DNA of 63,678 nucleotides, the filler included, from Folioceros fuciformis (Eukaryota): NCBI GenBank assembly GCA_049999805.1. It is 8 parts of 8 records of this genome, joined end to end, with 100 filler letters (N's around TTAATTAATTAA, not from the genome) between each part and the next. Parts side by side here need not be neighbours in the genome. Positions count along the whole stretch, not along the records: positions 1 to 9,715 come from JBNGIO010001703.1; positions 9,816 to 14,659 come from JBNGIO010001704.1; positions 14,760 to 27,537 come from JBNGIO010001705.1; 5 more parts are not named here. One strand, 5' to 3'. The first letter of the stretch is position 1. Each line of letters begins with the position of its first letter. Shown here piece by piece: positions 1 to 14,936 of the stretch. The notes beneath the pieces were generated by a model. It ran no database searches, was not told the DNA's origin, and was given only the letters and a program-made list of their open reading frames with translations. Both the position numbers and the translations under genes were made by a program.

Positions 1-190
1 TTTTGCTGCCGCCGCCGGACGCGGGCGCCTGTTCCTGCGTGCATGTAGAGCTGCTGACTAGGGGAATCAGGGCTGTGTGGTCCGCCGACCCGGGCTCGGG
101 CTCGGGCTTGTGTGCCGTGTTTGTGCCTGTGTGTGCGCTTGCGTGCTACGAGATCTCAAGAGTGAGGGTTGGTTTTCGGCAGGAGGTTAA

Positions 191-3755
<3,565 letters not shown>

Positions 3756-5729
3756 GTAGGTTTGCTAGAAAGATGGCCTTGGTGCCTTCCTAGGGTTGAG
3801 CTGGTAGATGACCTGGTGCCTCGGCATGGGTCAGATACGAGGATCTCTGCAAGATATTTTACCCCGTGTTTGTTCTTTCCGGGTAAATAGAATCTGTCTC
3901 AATCTGGTAGTCTTCTCCTTCCAGTCTTTCTTCCAGTGAGTTGAGTTGGAGCGAGAAGGGGAGAGTGGGCTGGGCGGGGGTTCGTGGGGTTGAGCGGGTC
4001 AGTGTTGCTTCTTTGATTCGCATTGTGGAGACAATTCAAAGTCAATAGGCTCTGAGTTCAGTTGTCTTACCCTTGTGTTCTTAGAGTAGGCCCTCTGGTC
4101 TGCTTCAGCTGCAGGTTGTACATCTGGACTGTCCTGCAACAACTTAGAGCGTGTGCTCATCTCTGGGCCCTTCGGTGGGTGCAGGGTCGAGACGTGTATG
4201 GTGGAAACACTGGCAGGAATCCTAGCTCCTCTAGGACATCAAAAGAGTGAGCATGTTGGAGGGAGAGGGGCATTTTATTCCGGTTTCTACTTATCAATCG
4301 CCTCCCATCTCTGTATTATTTGTTGCTTTTGATTTGTTAATTGTTGACTGGACGGTAGTGATGCAAGAAGGTTATCTGAGCAATACAGTAGCTAGCAAGA
4401 GGTTCAGCGATGGGTCTGCGTAGGTGATCCACGGAAGGGGACAATACTCTCTTCCGTGCAAGACGTTATGTTAAGTTCATAGAGCCAGCCTTCCCTCCTC
4501 TAATTCTTGGAGGCAAGTTACGTAGCTGTCCTCTAATGAGGATGGTGCTTTGATGATTTTTATCTGGTGATGGCTGGGGCTACAATTTCATGGTTAATGT
4601 TGGGCAAGCTTGTGACAATTGGGTTCAGTTTTCTGTGTGGTGAGCAAGTTTAGGTCTGCAGACTCACAATGTCATGAGTCTTCCTGTATGTGTGCAGGGG
4701 AGGAAGCTCTTCATATATTGAAGCTTTAGCAATCGAGGAACCCAGGAAACAAAGTATGCAAGTGTACTGGGGTCCTTGATACTCCTTTCTTGGAATAGGC
4801 GCTTAGGTCCCTGGTGTTCTAGCCTACTGCACAGCACATTTTGATGGTGACCACCTTTTCAGGCCCCAGAGGTCCGTTCAGTTGGGGATACTGGTAGACT
4901 GCAGGAGCTGGGATAGGAGGAAGAGTGTCAGTCAGTAGTTAGGCTCAGGTTTCAAGCTCAGTTCTGAAGAAAGCAAATGGCGAACTGTGTTGGCAATGTG
5001 GAGTAGGTTGAGCTAAGCATGGCTTTCTCGGCTTGGACTGGAGTTGAGCAAACTCTGACATACACACTGGCAGTTCTTGGGTGTTCTTCTACTGTCTCAG
5101 GTTCTCTTTCTGATGGAGAGACCCGTTAGCGGATGTAGAGTGACATACAGACTCGTCTGTCTGCCCCAACTTTGTGTTGGCTGACATAACAATGGGTCAT
5201 ATTTGCACCGAGCTGCTGCCACCCACCCCCTTCTTGCTTGGATTTGGCAGTACTTTTTGTGTGGCTTGGCTAGCCGGTGCGAGAGTTTCTGTCAGTAAGA
5301 TTTGACTGTTTAGCACTGGTCCATTTCGGATGCTGCACTAGGACACTGTTGTCTATGAAGACGAGGGAAAACCATTCAGAAAAATGAAGACACAATTTAA
5401 AGGACATTATTACTGCATTGTTTTATGAGTTTGATTGTTCACATGTCCTGGTTGCTAGTTCAAGACTTCTGCTTGTGGGTAAAGATTGTACGTGTATTGT
5501 GTTGCGTCCAGATGGTCGCCCCGGCAGAAGCCTCCACCGAAGCTAATGAGATCACCGAGACATCACGAGCGTCAATGTACCGGAGGAAGGCTTCCATTTC
5601 GGCGAAGTAAGACCGAATCCCCAGCGGTATAAGTAAGATGAAGGCTATCGTGGAGATGTGGGTTCAGAAGGTGGCAATCACCGCGTCGTGAGGCTCCCAT
5701 GGATAGCAGCAGGCAGGTGTACTGAACTC

Positions 5730-7001
5730 TCAGTCGTCTTCTGTGTACAAGACGTGGTGCCACCTTTCGCTATGAACTGCATCCCGGTTATTGTGCCTAA
5801 TCTTAGTCTGCGCTTTCCGGGCGAGGATGTTGTCTCTTTTGCACGAAGACCTGTTCTTCCTCACCACCACAGGGGTTTCTTCCGGCATCTCTTCAGGCTC
5901 CTGTATTTGCTCGTGCTGCCTGGGTTTCTTAGTAGTAATGGATCTTGATTTTTCGACTCGCCCCTCTTTTTTCTCCTTGCTCTGCCTTGGAATGAAATTG
6001 AGAGCATGGTGCAGTAATGTACTCTCCTGCATGTGACGCTCCAATCCAGCCCCCAAGAACGATTTCAGGAAATTGAATTGGAGTACCTCACTCCATGTAT
6101 CCATGGTCACGACGTCACCATACCGTAGCGTGAACTGTATCGCCGTGGCAGGCACACTTGGGACATCTTGGGCCATTTCTACGGCAGCAAGTGAGGCGTC
6201 CGCGAAGACGGACAAAACATGGCCCGCGGCTGTGCGCAGAACCTCCGACGTCCCTTCAGCCATGGACCTCAATTCCTGCAACCGCAACTGTACATGGTGC
6301 GAAATTCGGTGCGGAGCCAGAGTTGTGATCAGTAGGCACCAGGCCGTCATTGCAGAGACCGTGATCTCTCCACTTTTCGAATCCTGGACAGTCCAAAGCA
6401 CGTCGAGCAGAGATACCTCTCCGGCTTCAACATCGAATTCCTCTGTATGCATTCCGGCGAACGCCAGCACAGCCATGGACTGGATTGCCGCCATCTGAGC
6501 GATTTCATTATCATGCTCCTGAGCCCGTGCCAGCAAAGGGCTTATCGCCCTTTTAGTGAGCTCGTCCAACCCTAGCTTGGCTTCCTCTGCCATGGTCAAT
6601 GCCAGCAGACCCAGCACCCTGGCAGCCAAGGATAGCTCAGTGGCTGCCGCCGGCTGCCGCTCCAGGCTACCTACACACCTGCTGATGAGAGCCTGGTGGT
6701 GCATCTGCACGAATCCCCTCATCTGCTTCCTGTTGAAGGCTCCAATTATTCCCCTCAATCCGGTCTCCCTTGTACCTGCTCCGTCGCTTAATAGGGCCTC
6801 CAGATGCGATTCCTCCCTCGAATAGTTGGAACTGCTACTGCTGCTGCTGCTTGTAGCATCCATCTCGGCAGTGAATGACTTGGTCAAGTACCCTGTACAG
6901 CAGGAGCTTCGGTTCCCCACAGCCATTTCTGAAGGCCTACCTTTCGTTGCGCAACCACAAGATGACATTGGTAATATTACATGTGTATTAACTACACACA
7001 T
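5730..7001 (-). CDS. Interferon-related developmental regulator (IFRD1-like) protein, intronless; true start may be an inner ATG (e.g. 6863)
   Basis: Uninterrupted 423-aa ORF with IFRD-like segments (TRETGLRGIIGAF, ELSLAARVLGLLALT, SAMTAWCLLITT, TWSEVLQFNFLKSFLGAGLERHMQES) and a basic C-terminus. Family recognised from memory of its motifs. Confidence 0.75.
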   Translation of the reverse strand: MCVVNTHVILPMSSCGCATKGRPSEMAVGNRSSCCTGYLTKSFTAEMDATSSSSSSSSNYSREESHLEALLSDGAGTRETGLRGIIGAFNRKQMRGFVQMHHQALISRCVGSLERQPAAATELSLAARVLGLLALTMAEEAKLGLDELTKRAISPLLARAQEHDNEIAQMAAIQSMAVLAFAGMHTEEFDVEAGEVSLLDVLWTVQDSKSGEITVSAMTAWCLLITTLAPHRISHHVQLRLQELRSMAEGTSEVLRTAAGHVLSVFADASLAAVEMAQDVPSVPATAIQFTLRYGDVVTMDTWSEVLQFNFLKSFLGAGLERHMQESTLLHHALNFIPRQSKEKKEGRVEKSRSITTKKPRQHEQIQEPEEMPEETPVVVRKNRSSCKRDNILARKAQTKIRHNNRDAVHSERWHHVLYTEDD

Positions 7002-7506
7002 ATATAGTAGTGTGATGTGCGGTGATATATCTAATTTTAATATACTTAAACTGGATGACTATCTAAATATATTTTTAGTAGAATTAGATATGTGTATGAA
7101 GCTATATCTTAAATAAAGATACTTTTATTGAAAACGTTAATCGGATGGCTATCTAAATATATTTTTAATATCACTATATATATATATGTATGAAGTTCTA
7201 TGATCTACATATTAAATAAAGAGACTTTACTATTAAAGAAGAGATTGAAATCCAATCTACCCCTAATAGAAAGTGTCAACCTAGTGAAGGGCATCATATG
7301 CTCTTCAAAACTACAAGTGGTGCCCAAAAGTTTGGACTGCCAAAGAAAAATGTGTTGTGTTGTGGTCCACCTGGATGTGCCAAGACTCCCAACCACAACC
7401 ATCGCTCAGGAATCATGAGTAAACTTCATTAGTGTGAAGGGGCTTGAGTTGTGAACCATGTGGGTTGGAGAGCACATGTCTTATGAATTCCCATAAATTT
7501 TGCTCC

Positions 7507-7653
7507 AAAGGCACTAAAAGAGATTGAGGGATGGTGTTTGAAAGCAAATGAGTTTGCTACAAAGGCATTAACATCGATTGAGGGACGGTGTTTGAAAGTA
7601 GATTACTCTACTTCAAAGGCATTAACAGCGATTGAGGGACAATGTTTGAAAGC
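7507..7653 (+). repeat. Tandem repeat, three units with a 54-bp period
   Basis: AAAGGCAyTAA...GATTGAGGGA..GTGTTTGAAAG starts at 7507, 7561 and 7615. Confidence 0.9.
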
Positions 7654-7718
7654 ATAATTTCCTCATTGACAAATCCACTTGTATTCTAAATAGTGTTCTT
7701 CAGTTCTAGTGTTCTTGA

Positions 7719-7842
7719 GACAAAGTTTGTTAACAAAACCCTTCATATTGTACAAAACCCTTCAGATTGTACAGTGAAAAGACAAAGTTTGTTAACAAAA
7801 CCCTTCAGATTGTACAAAACCCTTCAGATTGTACTGTGAAAA
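7719..7842 (+). repeat. Tandem duplication, 2 x 62 bp, with an internal ~20-bp subrepeat
   Basis: GACAAAGTTTGTTAACAAAACCCTTCA.ATTGTACAAAACCCTTCAGATTGTAC.GTGAAAA occurs twice. Confidence 0.9.
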
Positions 7843-8284
7843 TAGAGGGCATTCGGAAAGACCTATGAGATATATTCTCTGAATTCTAGTTTAGACCTCT
7901 AGATATATTCTTAAAATTCTAATCTAATTCTATTAGATAAACTCTGCAGTGTCTAATACTTCCCTAGCAAGTTAGGTCTGAGGTACAAAATAAGCTTCAT
8001 TGCCTCAAGGCGTCCCCTTTGTTGGGGAATGTTTCCTGTCGTCCTTGCCGAGCGTGCGTTACAGAGTATATGCACATGTACATCCAAAAAAACTGACCCT
8101 GAAACAATGAACTACAATCACTTTACATGTGTCGCATTCTAATTGATGCATGTGGCAAACGCGACTAGATACGTTTACTATCTAAACCCAGAGCATGGCA
8201 TTCAACAAGGAGCGTGGAGTAAAAACATATTTTACAAGGCAAAGCGTGATGGAGAAACCGGGCGATGGCGAGGGCGAGAATGGA

Positions 8285-9622
8285 TCAGGGGAAGCGGGTG
8301 TTGGCGTTGAGCTTGAGAGATTGGAGCATCCAGCCGGCAATTTCGTCCACCAGCTTGTCCACGTCCTGGACGATCTGCTCGCGCAGCTGAGAGGAGGCGG
8401 AATCCGACACGCCGCGCACCACATCAGCCAGCGGAGTGCCCGCCGCGAGGGTCTCCAGAAAACGGCTCCCGCGGCTAACGGCGTCCGCCACACCCGGGGG
8501 CACCTGAGGGAACACCTGCTGCAGCGGACGGCCGTGGTCTCCGGGCAGCGTCCGCATCGACATGTCAAGAAAGGCGCTGACGGCGGAGTCGGAGCCCAGG
8601 GTCTGCGCCAGCTGCAGGGTCTCGTCGATGGAGTCGTCCTTGAAGCGCACCAGCAGGTTGCGGCCCACGCCGTAGTAGGTCTGGATGAGGCGGCTGGTAT
8701 CCTCGGGCGAGGGCACGAACCGGTCCTTCCCCTTGGCCAAGTCCTCGTACAGCGGCGGTAGCTGCTCCACCAGCGGCAGCACCTGCTTCACCATCGGCGG
8801 GCTCAGGCTTTGCAGCTGCCGCAGCGCCATCTCCGCCCCCATTCGGAGCTGCGGCGAGGACGTGAGAGGGGTGAGCAGCGGACCCAGGTTCTGCGCCATG
8901 GGCACCACCAGCGGTGCCAGTAGCGGGATGGACGTGGTCGCCTCCTTGTTGTTGAAGGAGAGGAACACGTTCCCCGACCGCTCCACCGCGTACCTGGCCC
9001 CGATGAGCAGCTGCGTCAGGGCCCCCAGTGAGTGACCGACGCCGAACACCGGCAGCGGGGCGGGCAGCCCCAGATCCTTCGTCACCTCCCGCACCGCCCG
9101 GTCGAACTTGAACTGCACCTCATCAGCGATCCGGAGATGGTCGAAGCCGCTGGCGAAGGGCGTGGCGATGATGAGGAACCCTCGCTCTGCCAGCCGCTCT
9201 AGGAAGAGGCGGTACGTGAGCTGCGGCGTCGCGCCTACGAACACCCCTCCCACGAAGTGCACCACTGCCGTCGCCGTGGCCTCCCCCTGGCTCGGCCCCA
9301 GCACCCACGCGCCCTGCACCTCCCGCCATCGCCCATCTTCCTCCCCTTGCGACCTCTTGGCCGACTCCGCTATCACCTGCTCTATCTGCCCATAGAGCTG
9401 GACACTGTTGCTGTTCCCGCTGGTGCTGCTTCCGCTCCCATCCGCCTCCCTTCCGGATTGCGCGAACGCAACCACCAGCCCTGCTCTACTCCTATGTCGC
9501 ATCTTCGTGTGCAGCCGGGGTGGACACATGCCGCCACCGCCGTGCGCATGCCATCTTCGCTGCCGGACTCCCGACGCGACGCCGCTCCCGGGAGCACAGC
9601 AGAATACCCGGGCCAGCTCCAT
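8285..9622 (-). CDS. DUF1350-family alpha/beta-hydrolase-like protein, probably plastid-targeted, intronless
   Basis: ORF with VVHFVGGVFVGATPQLTYRLFLERL, GHSLG (GxSxG), NLLVRFKDDSIDET and LPGDHGRPLQQ. First ATG (MELARV) at 9622 is followed by a transit-peptide-like segment. Confidence 0.88.
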   Translation of the reverse strand: MELARVFCCAPGSGVASGVRQRRWHAHGGGGMCPPRLHTKMRHRSRAGLVVAFAQSGREADGSGSSTSGNSNSVQLYGQIEQVIAESAKRSQGEEDGRWREVQGAWVLGPSQGEATATAVVHFVGGVFVGATPQLTYRLFLERLAERGFLIIATPFASGFDHLRIADEVQFKFDRAVREVTKDLGLPAPLPVFGVGHSLGALTQLLIGARYAVERSGNVFLSFNNKEATTSIPLLAPLVVPMAQNLGPLLTPLTSSPQLRMGAEMALRQLQSLSPPMVKQVLPLVEQLPPLYEDLAKGKDRFVPSPEDTSRLIQTYYGVGRNLLVRFKDDSIDETLQLAQTLGSDSAVSAFLDMSMRTLPGDHGRPLQQVFPQVPPGVADAVSRGSRFLETLAAGTPLADVVRGVSDSASSQLREQIVQDVDKLVDEIAGWMLQSLKLNANTRFP

Positions 9623-9715
9623 CGCATCTGCGTTCAAGCCCTGGGTCTGGGAGCCCTGTAGGCTGCCGGCCACCTCGTCGCTACCTACCACTCGTCACCG
9701 CCGGGTTCGCGTGTG

Positions 9716-9815
9716 NNNNNNNNNNNNNNNNNNNNNNNNNNNNNNNNNNNNNNNNNNNNTTAATTAATTAANNNNNNNNNNNNNNNNNNNNNNNNNNNNN
9801 NNNNNNNNNNNNNNN
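9716..9815. other. Artificial contig linker (N44-TTAATTAATTAA-N44)
   Basis: Exactly 100 nt; the 12-mer has stop codons in all six frames. Confidence 0.97.
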
Positions 9816-10019
9816 GCTCGCCTCGCCCCTCTCAGGCTCGCCCCTTGCCCCGCCTCGGGCCCAAGCCGGTCTAGGGCTAAAACGCCAGGTACCGGTCGCC
9901 CGCTCCCGTCCGCTCCCGCTCGCCTCGCCCCTCTCAGGCTCGCCCCTTGCCCCGCCTCGGGCCCAAGCCGGTCTAGGGCTAAAACGCCAGGTACCGGTCG
10001 CCCGCTCCCGTCCGCTCCC
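9816..10019 (+). repeat. Perfect tandem duplication, 2 x 102 bp, GC-rich
   Basis: Identical units at 9816-9917 and 9918-10019, at a contig edge. Confidence 0.92.
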
Positions 10020-11719
10020 GCCCGCCTCGGTCCCCGCCCACGTGGCGGTCACGACCGCCAGGTCCCGGATCATCTGCCCTTCCGTTTCACCGCCTTGCCC
10101 GTTTCGCTCTCTGGGACATATGGATAATGTACAATTCGGTCCGGGTCCTTCCTCCCGCCAGCAATGGCGTGCGCGCGTATCACGCTTCGCAAACGCGCAT
10201 TCTTTGCGGCCTGGCCACGCGGTGTGGCGCCTCCTCTCCCTCTCGTTCCGACGCGCCCTGCCGGATCGCTGGCCTCCGTGCGTGCGTGCGTGCGTGCATG
10301 TGAGGGTTGGATCATCTGCTCCTGTGTGACGGAGCGGAGCTGGAGTGCGCTGTGCAAAATTTCAGTTGCACTCTCACATCCCTCACCTCGTTCGAGCCTT
10401 AGCTGCTGTCAGGACTCTCCGCTGCTTGTAGTCTATTAGGGTTTGCTTGAGTTGTGTTCTACTGTCCGTCGTCGGGCTACGACAAGCATGGTAAGCACGA
10501 CAGGTAACTGTGGGAGAGTCGAGACTGGCCATACGATTTCAAAACAATGTTGCAACAGGTCACGACACTGCATTTCGACAGAGCAGCAGCTGATGGAGTA
10601 TTGAACGCCAGTCAAAGCATGAGCTGCAGGAGCTCAGCTTGAAGGTGTGTCAGACCAATATTTTATTTAGAGAGTAGCGGTGACATGCAGGCAAGGCTCC
10701 CAGTCCCCGCACAGTCCAGTGCCGCTTCGCCAATGCTTGCATGTGCTAGCTCAGAGCTGATCTGCTAATTCTTATCACTACCAGGAGTAGTGCGACTGAG
10801 GACACGTGGTGAGATTAACCCCGGCTTGACGACATGAGTTTTAAACCCTATTTTTACGTGGTTAGGACGTCTCTGAGTGCGTGGTTTCTGGGCCCTGAGG
10901 TGATATGGCTCTCTTCTGTGTTTCCGGAAAGCAAAAGGGCATATGCAAGGCTTTGATTCCGCAGCGGAGCAGGGCAACGCTGGCTGCCGGCCAGCCGGCA
11001 ACCATAACTGCTAGGATGTACTGCCGGAGCATCTCTCACGTCTCCTCACGGATCATTTATGCAGGTGCTGCCTCCAGCGGCGCCAGTGCCGAAACAGCTC
11101 TGAGGGACGAAAGTACCTTACCCGGCCTCCCTTCGTGGAGGCACACTGTATGCATGTGCACAGCATCACATCGAAGGGTGACCGCATTCCAGGCAAGCAG
11201 GCCTCATCCTTACATGTACACTACATTGTCATGACCATCTCCACGCTGTTCAACACTCTGAACAGTCTGGATCTCTGGGAAGAGTACCAGCGTGAAGGCC
11301 TATGAGAGACGAGCAGCAATATTAAAGTGATCAACTTGCACAAATGACGGCAATGTGGCACGTTCATAGCCTCAATCTGGTTCGTTCTAGAGCGATACGA
11401 GTTTACCCCAACCCGGATCATGTTTCGTTCTGTCTGCTGGAGGGAATGCGTAGCAGATCCCTCGGCGCAGACCATGGTTAGGTCTGATAACGAGTTCCAC
11501 ATTTCCTTCCTGGTTCGGGAATTCAACAACAAGCCAACACAGCATCACAACGGACTTGCTCATCCTGCTCCAGGAGTGAGACTGTGAGCAGTCCAATCCT
11601 ACTCCGTAAGCAGCAACAATCTGAGAATCCCTATTCTTGGAGGCGAATTGCCTGCAGAAGATGGCCGTGAGACGGCACAGGATTACATGCACCCGCACTG
11701 CAAAAGAAATAATAAAGTT

Positions 11720-11900
11720 TAGAACTCTGATGGCAGCCTCCTTGCGAACAACCAGGATAGCCGCACCACAAAAACCGCGGTAAGCGAGAACGGGATTGAT
11801 TGGTTGGCCACCTCGGTGCAACCTCGGTTCCATACGACGCTTGTTAGCGTAGGCTCGTGATCCCGACGAAGGAAGACGGAAAGTCCACCATAGACCTTCA
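11720..11900 (-). pseudogene. Possible degenerate 5' fragment of a WAT1/UMAMIT (EamA) gene
   Basis: Two frames give KVYGGLSVFLR and GGQPINPVLAYRGFCGAAIL, resembling the first helices of WAT1-like proteins (YGG...NP..L.YR...GAAIL). The match is frameshifted. Confidence 0.35.
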
Positions 11901-13064
11901 AGCTCCAGCTACGTGCCACGCACGCTTCTCCCCAAAAGCCTCAGAGTGCGAGTCGGCAATCAGACAACGTGATAGACTTGGGTGGACTCTGCAGCTGCAA
12001 AACGCGAGCCTCGCCAAAACACGCACACCGCCCAAAATTAGACCCAGCTTGCATGTCTAGAAACCAAATCCGCAGCTGGGCCCAACGAGGAGCTCTGAGA
12101 ACGGGGATGGAGCTAGACCGAGACCCGATACATACTTTGTTCGTTCACACGGGAAGCGTGTCTCTACTGACGTCAAACGAAACGCAATCAGCACGGGACG
12201 TGTGTCCGTGAAAGGTGTGCGTGTCTTATATGACACTACAAGCGAAAGAGAGGAGCAAAACTACCATCTTCCATGAGGCCAGACAATGACATCCAGGCAC
12301 CACCAGGCACAAGAAATTTGAACAAAGCCGCCGCGGGCCACCATAGCCCACCTGTCTCGTTTCCTTTATCCAACAGAGTAATGCCTTCCCCCCGGTAGGA
12401 TATTGTCCTTCCACTTTTGTCTTCCAAGCCAATGCCTCTAGCCTACTCCTCTTGTCCGACGCAACTGGAGAGGAGGAACCATCAACATTTTGCCTTCTAG
12501 GCTGTGCGGATCCTTAGCTCTGGGGGACATTGCCCCCTTCCAGTCGGGTTCAGGCTGAGATGTACCTGCTAAGAGGGAGCCCTGATCACTCAGGTTCAGG
12601 CTGTGTGTAGCTGCGAACTCTGGAGCGGCCCATCCCTGATGAAAGGAGTGATGTATCGTCTTACAGTCATCAACCGGGCAGACAAACCACCAACACAAGC
12701 AAAATTCAGGCTGGCACAACAGCCGGTATACTCGTCAGATTCTTAACGATCCCACTTTCAGATACATCACTACGAGGAACAAAGAACCCTCATCGCTATG
12801 GCAACGTATCTCCTACTCAGTTCCCTCTAACTCTAACTTTGTCACATACTACAGTCCATGCTCACGTGGCAGCCTTTGTGGCAGACTTTTCAGGCTGCAA
12901 CAACTGAAAGCTTGTTGGACAGGAATACGGGTACCTCAGCTAATGTACTAAACTAGATACTTCAGCTTGGCCACTGATGCCGTGTGCCAGAGAGCAGAGT
13001 TACATCATCCCCTGATTCCAGGATGGAGGCACATGGCAACTCAAGATGTAACCTTCCGAACACA

Positions 13065-14659
13065 TTAGTCCTCTCGTGACAAGGACCATGCCTCAGAGGC
13101 AGATGAACGCGGAACCTTTTTCTGATATACCACCTGCATCAAGGGATCGGTGATATATGATGGTTCTCGTCGAACGGATGCCTGTAACAACTCAGTTTGT
13201 GTGTCGCGTTGACCCGAACTTAAAGCCCACAATGCTGCCACTAGCAGGATTCCGCCAGTAATGCTGACCAAGCAAAAGAGCGCACAGATTACCTCATGCA
13301 CATGGAAGTGAAGGCCAGAAAATATAAGACACAATATGATGCCAAAAGCTAATACCTTCCCAAGTATATTGAGCTCCGCAGAAAGGTGCAGGACAGAATT
13401 GACGCAAAGATGGGCTGAAACGGCATGTAAAAGGACATCATAGTTGGGCCCAATTTGTCGTTGGTATATGACATCACACAGTAGTTAAAAGCTGAGGCAA
13501 ACACTCCCTACAGAGTGTAAGGAAACAGATGATCAGTATCCGGGATTGGCAGTGTTTCTCTTTCTACAGAAACCAGCAGTGCAAAATGGCTGACGCAGGA
13601 CTTACAGCATAAGCCACGGTCATCCACTCCCATTTTGACAGGTGAAAGTCTGAAAGTCCAACGCCACCAAGCACAGTGAGGGTCACAACAAATAGAGCTC
13701 CAAACACGTAAGTCCAGGCTGTCAATGAAGGTTTTGCCGTTGCAGGGTATTTATTCATAACATATTTCTGTGTGAGGAAGCATTAACACTTGGCATCAAT
13801 GGCTGGAAGGTTGTACACAAGGTCTGAGCAGTAACTCAAAAGTCAAAGCTCACCTGCAATGCATGGTATACTGATACACACATGCAGTTCAGACCAAGGT
13901 ACACATCGCCGGGGCTTGCCTCTATTCCCAGCTCAAGCAAAGCAGCAGCGAGCCAGCCACCTGGCTCCGGTGACGGCTTCCCACTGACTGCCCCCAGCAT
14001 ATGCCCGTCAGAACAAAACATCTCAAAGACTTTAGGTCCTTCATAAAAAATCGTGACGACAGTTCCCACGGCGCACAGGACCATGCCCAAAAATTTTTTC
14101 AGGCCGCTGCAGCTCCTCCAATGAATTGTCTCTGACCTGCATCATCATGGATAGAACTCCAAATCATACCAGGAACAGTGGGGGGAGCCAGGGAACCTGC
14201 AAGGCAAGACTGGAGTCCCACAATGACTCACCCTGCACAGTCGTGAAGAATTTCCAAGTTGAACTCAAACAAAAGTGCAATCAAGAGAGACTGACCTGGA
14301 TAGTAAAGATATAAAGAATATCATGAACGGAACGCTAAGCTGCCAAGTCGCTGCACGTGATGCTCCAGCCCGCTTAAGGCCATTGAGAAAGAACACTTGG
14401 TTCAAGAATATCCTGTAAAATCCGTCCCATTTGTTTTCAAAACGCACGATGAAAAATCCTTTCTCCAGATGGCCCTTCCCAACACCAAACTTACCCAAGC
14501 AGACCAAGAAGAACCGAAAAGGCCACCACCTCACCTCGAGGAACCCAAAACTTCCTGCACAGCAAGACCCACGAACAATTCAAGCATTAGCACCATTGGA
14601 TCCACAAGACGCGTCCATCCAAACCTGTTGACACTCTTACAGTCTAGAGCTTGACGCAC
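13065..14659 (-). CDS. WAT1-related / UMAMIT (EamA) transporter, 5' end lost in the gap
   Basis: Spliced exons: KFWVPRGEVVAFSVLLGLLG / IFLNQVFFLNGLKRAG / KKFLGMVLCAVGTVVTIFYEGP / KYPATAKPSLTAWTYVFG / FASAFNYCVMSYTNDKLGPTMMSFYMPFQPIFASILS / SITGGILLVAALW; stop at 13065. Confidence 0.9.
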
Positions 14660-14759
14660 NNNNNNNNNNNNNNNNNNNNNNNNNNNNNNNNNNNNNNNNN
14701 NNNTTAATTAATTAANNNNNNNNNNNNNNNNNNNNNNNNNNNNNNNNNNNNNNNNNNNN
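14660..14759. other. Artificial contig linker
   Basis: N44-TTAATTAATTAA-N44. Confidence 0.97.
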
Positions 14760-14936
14760 CCTAGGTGCGCCGGGTCCGAAACTTATATGGTGTACGCAAG
14801 TGCAGCACGGGCTGAGAATCTGCATCGAATTTGGGTTTGGGTAGCGTAGTTGTACTACCAAACCAGATGGACAAGGCCTGCAACTCTAAAGTGTACCTTA
14901 TCTACATAGTATCCCATTAGCTGTGATGATGTGGAA

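Noticed and set aside
7507..7653. CRISPR-like array (conserved ~39-nt repeat ending TTGAAAG with variable linkers)
   Set aside because: Only three degenerate units, linkers of about 15 nt, no cas genes and a eukaryotic intron-rich context; better explained as a tandem repeat.
8195..9661. Long plus-strand ORFs overlapping the DUF1350 gene (and minus-strand ORFs over the P-PPR at 15399-16832)
   Set aside because: Antisense shadows expected from high-GC codon usage; no recognisable motifs.
9760..9771. Recurrent TTAATTAATTAA palindrome as a biological motif
   Set aside because: It is always centred in 100-nt N blocks, so it is an assembly linker.
9816..10019. Perfect 102-bp duplication as a functional element or coding repeat
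   Set aside because: It is 100% identical and sits at a contig edge, so it may be an assembly artefact; the ORF across it resembles nothing I recognise.
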